Below are positions 1-10,710 of a DNA stretch of 64,000 nt, piece by piece. Where the stretch lies: the NCBI GenBank assembly GCA_013239625.1, contig MU056756.1:310001-374000 (forward strand), given 5' to 3'. The notes under the pieces are model-generated. The model was not told the DNA's origin and searched no databases. It saw nothing but the letters and a program-made list of their open reading frames with translations. Each line of letters starts with the position of its first letter. Positions within the stretch are counted from its first letter, which is position 1. The position numbers were made by a program, and so were the translations under genes. Origin of the DNA: Lama guanicoe. Taxonomy: Eukaryota.

Positions 1-832
1 GGCAAGCAGCAAGAAAATCATCGTAATATTTAAGGAGCAAAACTTTAATGTTTCATTTTCCATCATCGTCAGTGTGGTTTCCCCTTCTTAGCAGAATGGG
101 TTTCTATTCTGTTTATAGAACCTGTTCCACGCTGCTTTCAGAGCAAGTGCTGTGGGGGTTATGTTTTCCACAAGATGAAAGGGTCCTTTTGAGGAATTTA
201 ACTTTTATTTATGTCTCTCTGTGTGAAGAAATCCGTGGTTGGTGCTGCAGCAAAGTCGGTTGTCACACTTGCTTCATTTCCTGGCTTCGGGTTTGGCAGT
301 TGGCTTCTGCGAGCTGTTCATGATCAAAAGCGCTGGGATTGGAGCTAACGATGCTACAGCAAAGTGTTTCCTGGAAGGCTCCTTTGTTTGTTTGTTTATT
401 TTTTTCTCTTTCCTGGTTTGAACACATACATGTACATGCAGATACATGCAGACACTCCCAGCAGCTGTGTGTTTATTCAGACACAGTATTTAAAAATGAC
501 GTGCTATTTTACTATCTGTGTTGAACGACCAAGCTCCGCTCTTAGACAGAAGCCTGGGGTTTGCAGCTAGCAGTTACTGTTAGGACTTGGGGCTTGTTTT
601 AGCATCATGTAAACGTAAATCTTTGGACCAAAGGTGTCATTAAGGTATTCTTGCTCACTGAATATTAGAATACCTTATATTTTTACAAATATTTATATTT
701 TCCATGGAATTCTTTAACAATATAAAAATTAAATAAAATGAACACAATACTTGCATTCCCCCATTGGATTGAATGCCCAGGAATTATCAGATAATGAATG
801 ACTGCTTAATTTAAATAAAACAAAACAGCAGA

Positions 833-960
833 GGGGAGAAGGGTATAGCTCAGCTGGTAGTGCAAATGCTCAGCATGCATGAGGTCCTGGGTTCAATCCC
901 CACTACTTCCTCCAAGAATAGATAAATACTAAGTAAACCTAATTACCTCCCCCGACCAAG
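833..960 (+). mobile_element. tRNA-Ala-derived SINE (camelid Vic-1 type)
   Basis: GGGGAGAAGGGTATAGCTCAGCTGGTAG (A box) ... GGTTCAATCCC (B box, 890-900), then the AATAGATAAAT...AAACCTAATTACCTCCCC tail. 16-bp target-site duplication AAAACAAA(A/C)CAGCAGA at 817-832 and 961-976. Confidence 0.9.
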
Positions 961-1921
961 AAAACAAACCAGCAGAAATTGATTTCTCAGTGGAAACTAA
1001 GATGATTTAGAACATTTGCATTTACAGTTTTGCGCTGTGTTAGTTTTGTGTTATTATGTTAGTCAAAATTTTGGAACTCTTGTGGACTGAGAGCAGATCC
1101 CTCCCATATAATCAAACCTTTACCTGGAAAGGTTTTTCATTATCAAATGTTTTCATTAATGCTTTTTGTTTATTTTATAAAAAGCACAGGGACACAATAA
1201 TAACAGCCTTCTTAGCTCATGCCACACAAAATAGATTTTTCTTCTCGGAGCATTTAACTGCACATACAAAATTAAAGAGTTTGCTCACAGCAACAAATGT
1301 TGACGTATCACATGCTCAGAAAAACTGTGACACGTGTGTGAAATAAACACGTATTCTAGGTGTTCATAAGGATCAACTTTCCAAACAGTTTTACCTGGAA
1401 ATCAGATCTATGGAACAGACACGTTGGTAGAGGAGGCTATTAATAGCATTTGTTGTGTGACCACTTCCTTGTGTCCAGTTATGTGGTGAAACTGTGACAA
1501 TCTCAGAACATAAAATAGTTTGCTAGTGGTTCAGGGCTGGTAAGATCTGTTATGGAGGAGGCAAAAGAAGATGAGTTTGTTTTCAATTTCAACTTATTAA
1601 ACTGCCAAACTGATTTGCACTTTCCGTCTTGGATGGTAGGACGGTGGTTTAGAGCTGTCCAAGCTCCCTAAGCTCCTCCTTCTGCACCGAGTGTCGATGT
1701 GGCCCGTGGTCTGCAGTCTCCATCCCTGGACATGTTAGCGCTTTATCTGATTTAATGTCTGGGTCAGATAATGAATATATATTTCCGCTTACCTCTCCTT
1801 GTCCCTTAGATTCCTTTACGCAGTATTTCATAGTCCTGTTGGCAAACATGTCTAATTAAAACTCTGCAGCCAAATGCCTCTCCTTTCTCAGGGCCAGCCG
1901 TCCTCCTGCGACGCCAGACAC

Positions 1922-1961
1922 CACCCTTTGGCTGTTCACCCTTGGCTGTTCACCCCTTGGC
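1922..1961. repeat. short tandem repeat, ~15-bp unit (CACCC(T)TTGGCTGTT) x2.7
   Basis: Units at 1922-1936, 1937-1950 and 1951-1961 read directly from the sequence. Confidence 0.85.
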
Positions 1962-2044
1962 CGCGCTCACTGATGCTCCGGGGCTCCCACTGGGGGAGAG
2001 AGGTGGCGGGTTCCACTGACGACGTTGCCAGGGTGGGCCCAGCC

Positions 2045-2200
2045 GGCCTGGGTCCTGACTCTTGCTTCATGATTTGGACAGAATATTTACTCTCCATCCA
2101 CCTCAGCTTCCCAGTATTTAACGTGAGAGGCAGTAGTACTTGTGTGAGTCCCTGGAAGGAACTGGAGGTGGCGTAATCGACGAGGCCGCGTGAGATGCAG
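2045..2200 (+). mobile_element. MIR SINE fragment
   Basis: TGATTTGGACAGAATATTTACTCTCC...CCTCAGCTTCCCAGTATTTAACGTGAG resembles the MIR core (ccttgggcaagttacttaacctctctgagcctcagtttcctcatctgtaaaatgg). Confidence 0.5.
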
Positions 2201-3451
2201 AAGCGGCGGGTGGTGTCGGGTGAGCCCCGCGCCTGCCAGGCGGGACTGTTTCACGACCAAGGTTCATTGCAATAACATTAGAAGCTAGAAAATTGTAACT
2301 CGTGTTTTAGAAGAACCCACCTGTGCTGTTTCCTGTTACAGCTTTTGATTAAATGGTCTCGGTCAAGTGCGCCCCGTGGAGTCATCTGGCAGCTGGGTCA
2401 GCCCACTCCTGACGCTGTGGCGTGTTCCTCTCAAGCATACACAGCTCCTGCAGGTCTAGATGTTGCAGTTTTGTTTTACTTAAGGACTGCGCACGGGGAA
2501 GGGCTGGATTCTTGCAGCTCCGCCTGTTTCTTTGTTCTGCGTACTTCAGCCTCTCCCATCGTGTGCTCCCCTTGTCCCTGGTGTATTTATTTAAATTTAG
2601 GGTTTTTCCATTCTTGGATGTGTGTTTCAAGAAGTTACGCTTTGTTCTTTTGGTTGCTGTAGGACTGGGGAAGAATTGCCTCCCCCCAGGCCAGCAGGAC
2701 CCCCAGCTCAGGGACCCCCTCGCGTGTGTAATGCGGTGTGCTGGGGAGAGACGCTCAGAAACCCTGCCTGACTTGGGGTTTAACCCCAGGAGCCCTGTCC
2801 GCGTTGTGACGGGGTTGACATCGGCCTTGCAGTCAGACAGAGCTGGACATGAATTCTGGCAGTGCCAGATAGTAGCTGCAGCAGCCAGTTTTTGGACAGA
2901 CCCCAGTCTCTTTGGTTTGGGATTGGAGATCCCCCCACGCCAGCCAGACCAGCCGTAGTGAGTAAATGCAGTTGTTGTGAAACTTCCGACAAGACCTGGG
3001 ACGGGGCTCAGGAAGAGGTAACCCCGCTTAATCCTTTCTGCCTTCACTTTCCCATGACCACAGCCAACACGCGGAGCTAAAATGTCACAAGGAAAACTCT
3101 CCTTGAAGAACCAAAGACGCCGTCTGTTAAAACAGAGAACTGAGGGCTGACGAAATAGTCAGACCCCAGACTGCTAAGTCCTACCGTGCGGTGGCTCGTT
3201 CTACCCAGAAAACGACTCTGAGTTGTGAAGTGGTTACTACCAAGTTCCGTCTCTGAGGCCTGAAAGTCTTCACCCTGAGAGTGGCTTGGACAGAGTCCCT
3301 GTTAGACACACAGGCAGGTACGATGCGTTGAAGTTAGTCATTGTTGTTAATTTAGGTTATTAGACAACACAAGCAAATTAAAATACATTTGAATACAGGT
3401 TGAGCTGGGTGACACAGTTCATGTTAATCTAAAGATTTAAATGTTGTGTGT

Positions 3452-3607
3452 GTTTTCTTTTTTAAAATTATTTTTAATTAATCTTTTTTAGGGGACTAGG
3501 GGAGGTAATTCAGTGTATTCATCTATTTATTCAATGAAGTACGGGGGCTTGAACCCAGCACCTCATGCGTGCGAGGCATGCACTCTACCACTGAGCCCAC
3601 CCTCCCC
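3452..3607 (-). mobile_element. tRNA-Ala-derived SINE (camelid Vic-1 type)
   Basis: Reverse complement reads GGGGAGGGTGGGCTCAGTGGTAGAGTGCATGCCTCGCACGCATGAGGTGCTGGGTTCAAGCCCC...AATTACCTCCCC plus an A-rich tail; homologous to the 833-960 copy. Confidence 0.9.
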
Positions 3608-4459
3608 ACCTTGCCTGTGTTTTAGGTTTTGCTAAATTACTCTCCCTTGTGATAGTTGCGTGAGCAAAGGCGTAAGTCATTAGCTGGTGAATTATTTTTC
3701 TCTTCTGTGGATGTAAGTGGTATTACCCTAAGCATTCTGCAGCTCATTGTTTCTGTAACTTACTGGCTGGATTGTCTTTTCACTTCCTATGCCTCCCTCT
3801 GAAAGAAGGTTAGGAGTCTCTATTCGAAAGACCACAAAATCCTTCTGGAGGTTATGAGCAGAGATCATGCAAACAAGAGAGCCTCCGGGGTAATTTTCTC
3901 TGAATGAGGTTTATCTGTGAACAGCTTGTGGCTTTGCGCCCTTACGAACTGTGGCTGTTCATTGACACCAGTGCTAGAGGTTAAAGTGTGAGACCAAGAA
4001 GACAAAAAGAAAGATGATGTTTCATTAAATGGAGCAAAACAAAGTACTTGTTGGAGCTTTGATGCTTAAGACTGGAGATTTAAAAAAAAGGGCTGAGATA
4101 ATGCTTACCTGTTCACCAGTTCTTAGATCCTTCGTTCTGCGTTAGAACTCTGACGGAAAGTTGCATAAAACACAAAGGCTTGTTTCCTTCTATTTTTGGT
4201 TGTGCACGCACCTGTGGTTATGCAAACAGACTCTCACTGGTGGCCGCATGTTCCTCTCAGCCGCTCCCAGGACAGGTGTTGGTGTGGCTTCTGTGTGCTC
4301 CCCACGCCGGGTCAGGGAAGCCCTTCCATGGGGAACTGGCCCGCCTTACTGAGCACGGGTCCCATTTCTGCCGTTCTGCTGGAATCTCTTCTTCTGGAAG
4401 TGAGACGTTGCTTCTCGGGCAGCTTGCTGTGAGAGCAAGACTGAGTGTCCGTCTGGACA

Positions 4460-4897
4460 CAAGGTGGTTAATTTTATGTGTCCGGTTGGCTGGGACGTCC
4501 ACACGGCTGGTGAAGCAGTCTTTCTGGGTGTGTCTGAGGGAGCCCAGAGAGGGCAGCCTTTGACTCTGTGGGCTGAGTCCAGCAGACCCAGACCTCCCGG
4601 TGCGGGCAGCGGCGTCCAGTCCACTGAGGGCCCGGGCAGAACCAGGAGGCAGAGGAGAGGGGGTCACGCTTTCTGCTCGAGCTGAGATGTCCGTCCCCTC
4701 CTGCCCTGCTGGTTCTCAGCCTTCAGAGTCGGGCTGCGTGGTGCCGCCGGCCGTGCCGGGTCTGTGGACGGCGACCCCTGGACTTCTCGGGCCACAGTCA
4801 CGTGGGCCAGCTCAGCACAGGAAAGCTCGTATCCGTCCTGGATCCGCGTCCATCCTTTCTTGGGCCCTGGGTTCTCTGGAGGGCCCTGGCTGATACC
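4460..4897 (+). mobile_element. MLT2 (ERVL) solo LTR
   Basis: Starts GTGGTTAATTTTATGTGTC, contains TTCTGGGTGTGTCTG and ends TCTCTGGAGGGCCCTGGCTGATAC, matching MLT2 termini. Confidence 0.8.
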
Positions 4898-6364
4898 ACC
4901 CACCAGAAACCCACAACATGGCTGAGGTCGCCCGGATTCAGTCGTGAAGGACGGTCCGACACCAGTTCTGAGCTCTTCATTAGCCGGCAAACCCACGGGC
5001 AGTTTGGTTCTGAGAGTGACTGTTGAAGCTCCTCGTGGGGCAGTTCTCGAGTCTTGGGTGGCGTCGCGACCACCGGGCGGTGGGGTGTGGTTCAGCAAGG
5101 GGGAGGCGGTGCTGATGGAGCGGGGCCGCGTGGGAGGCGGCTGGCATACTAGGGTCTGTTAAGCTCCAGTTTCGTGGTCACCACCTGGGGGGTTGACCTG
5201 TCACTGATGCGGTTCCTGGACCAGTGACCTCTAGTCACTCCGGACGAAGGTCGGGGCTGGTCTTGCCAGGTAAGAACTGTCTCAGACGTGGGTTCAAGGC
5301 CCACAGGACTGGACACAGAGGTGCCCTGACGTGACCCATGCGGGTGACCTAACACCTTCCACCTCAGTGTCCCTGGTGAGAGTGCCTGTCAGTCTACCCG
5401 AAAAGAGCTGATAAAACCTGTGTTCGAAGCCGGGAAAGTGTAATCCAACTCAGAGAAGCCTTATTTATCACCTGAGAGTCTCATCCGCAGTGGCTCCTCC
5501 CAGAACAGGACACACGCAGGACTCCCGTTCCGGGGACTGGTCCAGGGTCCCCCCTGCAGCCCTATGCCCAGGGCAGGACCTTGAACTGCCCTGAGCCACC
5601 CATGCCCCTCACCGCCCTCCACCCGGGCATGCCCTGTTCCCTGCATGCTCTCCCCACCCCGGCCCCAGTGTCCCTGGGTACCTAGGGGTCCCGTGGGAGG
5701 TGTTTGGTGTGTCTGCCAGGAGCCTGGGTCTGGAGCCACGTTCCTGGACTAGACCGTGTGGGCTTGTCGCTGGGCTCTGGCCCTCGCTGTGCCTCAGTCT
5801 CTCTGCCGGCTCCCTCATGGCGGTGACATGCTCCCATGTTCTGTACCTGTGGCTCCCCTGGGGTGGCGGGTCCACAGTAGGTGCCTGCTGGGTGGGGGTC
5901 GGCGACCCTGACTCCTCACATGCTCTCCGGGGGGATGCTGGTGTGGGAGCGCTGGGCTCTGCCTCTGTGTGGGTGCCAGAGACCAAGAGAACCCCACGTG
6001 CGGGGACACACCCAGTGGATGGCAGCAGGCAGTGGGCAAGCACGGGAGGACCTGGAGGACTAGGGACGCAGTGACAGCGTGAATTGTTGTCATCGTTCTG
6101 ATTGACAGCGACAGTGAAAATCACGTGGATTAAAAGCTGGAGGTTCCCAGGTGCTTCTGGGCTCTGGGGAGCCAGGAAAATGCTGGCGGAGATGCCCACA
6201 CAGCAAACCCGTGGTGCTGGGGAGGCTCGTCAGACGCGGCGGGAGGATATCAGGGTCCAGGATCTGTGTGGGGGGTGCCCCGTGACGCCAGAGGTGAGCT
6301 GTCCTGGGGAACCTGCTCCCCTGAATCAGTTCTGCTGATGTCTCCAGCCGTACGTGGTCGGGGG

Positions 6365-6722
6365 GGCTTCCTGGAGCTGCTATGGCCAGGAACCAGAGTG
6401 GGGGACTTGGGCCATCAGAAAGGGGCCGTCCCCGGTTCTGGAGAACAGATGTCCAACCTCAAGGTGTGGGCAGGGCTGGTTCCTTCCGGAGGCTCCGGGC
6501 AGGTCTGTCCCCTGCCCCTCCCCCAGCTTCCTGTGTGGCCGGCAGTGCCTGGGGCTCCCCATCTCTGACTGTTGCCTCTCTTAGAAGGTTCCCTGTCATT
6601 GCGTTTGGGGCCCATGGTACATCCATGGTCACTGCATCTCAAGATCCGTAATTAATTGTACCTGCAAATATATACCAAATGACCTCACATTCCGAGGTTC
6701 CAAGGGGCACAGTGCAACCCCC
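6365..6722 (-). mobile_element. MLT1 (MaLR) solo LTR
   Basis: GTTCTGGAG...GTCCAACCTCAAGGTGTGGGCAGGGCTGGTTCCTTC...CTCAAGATCCGTAATTAATTGTACCTGCAAA, typical antisense MLT1 motifs. Confidence 0.7.
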
Positions 6723-7907
6723 TGGAGGTGGTGGTGCTGTCCCCACCGAGTGACACACCCTGCGTGTCGGCCGGGCAGGGCAGGTGGCCAGTCTGTGCGT
6801 TCCCCGTCAAGGCCCCTGCGATCAGGCCGTGTTGCTCCTGGAAGCAGCCTGATGTATGTCTGAAGGTGCCTCCATGGGCTCCTCACGCGATGTCGCTCGC
6901 TCAGCGAAGGAGACATGAGCCCTGTCCATTTGGCCTTGTGCTGACTCTGTGCCCTGAACGCGGCGTCTCGGGCCGTGCGTGGACTTCACCTGGCGATGCC
7001 CCTTGTGGCTGGGCGTCCTGGGCACCCTCCCCGGGCACGCACGGACCCCAGCAGGGCAGGTCTCCTCTCCAAGGTGGGCACCCTGGCTGGGAATTCGTCA
7101 CGTGAAAACCTGAGCCCTGGAAACCCGCGGCACTGCAGAGCCTCGGTGATGGATCCAGAGTGCATTTCCGGTCAGGTCCTGGGCTGGTCCCGCACACCTG
7201 ACGTCTGCGGGCGCTACCAGCCTTCCTGACAGTGAACGGCCCCACGGAAAGACTGCCTCGCCCACATGGGTATCTGGGTCACTGGGGTCGTGGAGGGAAG
7301 TTTTGGCGGGTTTTGTCAGGAGACTGGCTCCTCCCTCATTCCCCCCACGTGATGACTCACCTGGACGTCTGCCTTCTGCACTCGTTCCCGCCGCCTGCGT
7401 CCTTGTGGGCGCGCGGTGACCGACTGAAGGTGCGTCAACAGAGCTCGCTCATGGCTCCTCCACGCGCCCTGAAGGAGGACCGGGGTGGACCCCGGGTGTC
7501 TCTGCCTCCCTGGGCTGGCCCCTTTCTGCTCCACCCCTCCGATCCGGAGTCCTGGAGTGAGTGCTGCCGGCGGGGGCGAGGCAGGGGGGGGGGAGGCAGG
7601 GGTGGGGCCCAGCTCTGGAAAAGCAGCAGCCACAAGGCCCCGCGGTCCTCTGCCCAGGGCCGCCCGAGGAGGCCGATGTGTCGGGGCCGGCGTGTCTGCT
7701 CCCGGCCGACCCCGCTCCTGTCTGGAGGTGGTGCCCTCCCCTGGAGTTGTTTGGAGCCGCTTGGGTGGGGCTTTCCTCCGCCTGTAACTTTTCAGGCATC
7801 AGGAGCACTTGTGGGGGGTGGGGGCGGGAGCTGCCCTGGGGACGGGGCCTCCGCGTGCCCTGCCCACTCACTTTCCAGGGGCCGTGTCGTCAGTGCTGTG
7901 ACATCCC

Positions 7908-7928
7908 CAGGAAGTTGCCCATTTATGG
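7908..7928 (+). promoter_or_regulatory. ETS site + CArG box (SRE-like module)
   Basis: CAGGAAGT at 7908-7915, 3 bp upstream of a perfect CC(A/T)6GG box CCATTTATGG at 7919-7928, in non-repeat sequence. Confidence 0.5.
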
Positions 7929-8318
7929 CCACTAGAGCAAATGATATCATCGCAATAGGTGGCTCCTGTCTAAATAGGGATCATTTGTGAAATGAGATTA
8001 TAGACGTTTCTCTGAAAAAACAGGAGAAGGAGGCACCTGCTTTCTGTAATTGATGTCCTGGGGGATAACGCTGCACGATAATTAAGGCATCCGTCTCCAC
8101 AGCTAATTCCATTACCAGCGGAGCCGAGAGCCTCCCTTTCTGCTGTGCACCAGGCGGCCCCCACATCCACACAGAGGCAGCTCCAGATCCGTGTTTTCCG
8201 TTACGCTGGGATATATGGGACATGCATCGCAACCCTATGCCTGCCACCCTCTGCAGTGCACTTGTCTGGCCGAGCCCTGTGGCCTCCTGGTCCAAGCCGC
8301 GCCTGACCCGGTCCCTGG

Positions 8319-8452
8319 ATGCACACGCTGTGGCGTCTGGCCTCTCTCTCTTGCAATGACTGCGACCCTCCCTCCGAACGCGCGTCTCCCCGGGTGCTGA
8401 GAAGCCTCCTGCATTCGGGCGCTGCAGGCAGCACAGCCAGAGTCTTGCCTCG
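8319..8452 (+). other. candidate alternative first exon (3' part), ending at donor TCG|GTAAGT
   Basis: Donor GTAAGT at 8453-8458. ATG 8319 opens a frame (MHTLWRLASLSCNDCDPPSERASPRVLRSLLHSGAAGSTARVLP, phase 2) that runs to the donor. Weak Kozak context; peptide not recognised. Confidence 0.3.
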
Positions 8453-10572
8453 GTAAGTCCAGGGTGACTGTCTCCGACTTTTCCCACCTTGGCTGTGTGG
8501 CTGCTGGTGCGGTGGCATCAGGCGGGCGACCAGGAGCGATTAGCACCCAGCTGGTCCCGGGAGCTGCCTGCCCTCGGCACTTTGCACCATGTTTCCCCGT
8601 CCTCCCTCCCGGCGTAGGTGGCTCTGCCTTTACGAGTGAAATACTCATCCCTCCATAGACACGGTAGCGGCAGCTCAGTTGCCGTGAGGATCTGGGGGAG
8701 AGCCGGCACGGCAGGCTAGAGCCGCACGGCTGTAATTCTGAGCAGACAAGTTCAGTCCCCAGTTAGCCCTGCTCCAGCCTCGCTGAATGCCGGCGCGGTT
8801 TGCACTGCAAGAACTCTTCTGGCTTGCTCTCCCCTGATTAGAGCAGAGATGCAGCAGCTGCTGCTGCTTCAGCGTTCCTCTGGGAATGAGGAAATCCAGG
8901 GACCCGCAGCTACTAAAGCCTGGCTCGTACGTGCCAGCCGTGGAGAGCAAAGCCTGTGAGGCGAGCATCCTTTGTGGTGCCTGGTGCAGCCAGAGACCCA
9001 CTCCTCCCGCAGCTGCATCGGATCGGAGGGCAGAAAAGGGAGAGGACGCTTTACGGAGGTGCTGGGAAGCCCTGCCGAGGGCTTATGCCGTGAAAGCCGA
9101 GAGCCCCTCGGAAGCAGGAGGTTTCAGGGTTTAGTGCCGCCAAGCAGCTGTCCTCTGCTGTCAGAGGTGACGGTGCCGGAGGGCGGAGGGAATTGCTGAG
9201 ACTGGAGGCGAAGCCGGCTTCAGAGCCACACGCTTTGTCGAGGGTCCCTGCGAGCCCGGGTCTCAGCTCAGCCCGTGCTCGGGGGTTGTGGAAGGGGAGG
9301 GGCAGGGTGGCCGCGCCTGGCGTGCACAGAGCAGGGAGAGGAGCTGTTCCTCAGGGTGTTTCTTCCTGGGCTGCTTGCTCTGCCACGCTGACGTGTTTTT
9401 TTTTTTTTTTTGCTTTTCCTTGTGCAAAACCATGCACTCCCCTCATCAGCAGTGGGCAGCCCCTGTCTAATGAGAGGGTGTTGATGTTAGAGTTATCATG
9501 CACTCAGGCATGCTGGTAACTGGTCTTACAAGTTCCTGGTACAAATGACCAAAATGCCTTCTCTGTGGAGTTACCCTCCTTACAGAACTGAGCAAGTCCA
9601 ATGAGACGCAGTTAGTGGTTTGCCCATATTTAGGTGAATATGGACTGTTTCATTCATAATTTTGTCCCCAGAGCTCAGGTGTGTTTCCAGGCAGAGGCTC
9701 CGAGTCACAGTGGAATATTTCATGGCCTGTGGTTTGTTCAGGAAGGGGAAGAGTCAGTGCCACTTGCCTGGACTGGTGAAGCACACTTTTCACCCAGCAA
9801 CAAGTGTTGGCCCACGATCCCTTACACTGGTGTCACTCATCCGTATGGCGGTCCAGCACGGAGCGGCAGGGCCCCCAGAGAGCAGCTAGGAGGTGGGAGT
9901 CTTGGTGGGAGTCGGGCCGCAAATGCAGAGTTTGATTCAGACCAACTGCAAGTGTGGGAGGTTGGGGCCACGGTGCGGGCAGATGCCCCCCTGAGAAGCA
10001 GGTGACATCTGACTGAGTTTAATTCTCAGCCACAGGTGCAGCTCTGATTCAATCAGAAGCACTGGCATGTCAGGACTGTCGCGTATTTTTTTTTTTACCA
10101 ACTCATTTCAATCTATTTGTGGCTCAAACAAAAATGAATAACCCGAAAATAAGGATGTATAGTAACACTGCTCAAATTGGAAAACTCTAACAGCAAGAGG
10201 TCCCCCCAGTTCTCTAAACATGACAGGCACCAGCTCTCCCACAGAACTGGAAATGCCCTCGGGGGCCGGGTGCGTTCGGCACCGGTAACTTCAGAGCAGC
10301 TTCCGTTTCCTAAGGCAGCATCACCTTTATTTCCGTGCTATCTAATTTGATACCTTTCTTCCTCTAAAACGAGCAGGCCTTTGCAGAATCAGACCAGACT
10401 GACGTGCTCTAAACAATACAGTGTCAGCGCAGGCTGAATGGGGGCTCTCAACACGCAGGGCGGATACAAATATTCCAGTGAGCTCTGCTGGTTCCGTGCG
10501 ACGTTTTGAGAGTGTTTCCCCCCTCCTTGAGTCCACTGCAGTGGCATTGGGGCTGGTCAGGAAGAAAGTGGC

Positions 10573-10710
10573 CACACACACTCACACACCCCTGCCCCAT
10601 CACACACACACACACACACAGATATCCACCCCATCACACACACTCACCTGCCCCATCTCACATACACACCCCTGCCCCATCTCACACACATCTGCCCCAT
10701 CACCCCCACC
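10573..10710. repeat. compound (CA)n / CTGCCCCATC(T)CACAC repeat
   Basis: CA runs interleaved with about 5 copies of (CTG)CCCCATC. Confidence 0.85.

Noticed and set aside
833-912. tRNA-Ala gene
   Set aside because: tRNA-like head is degenerate and is followed by a SINE tail and TSD; it is a SINE.
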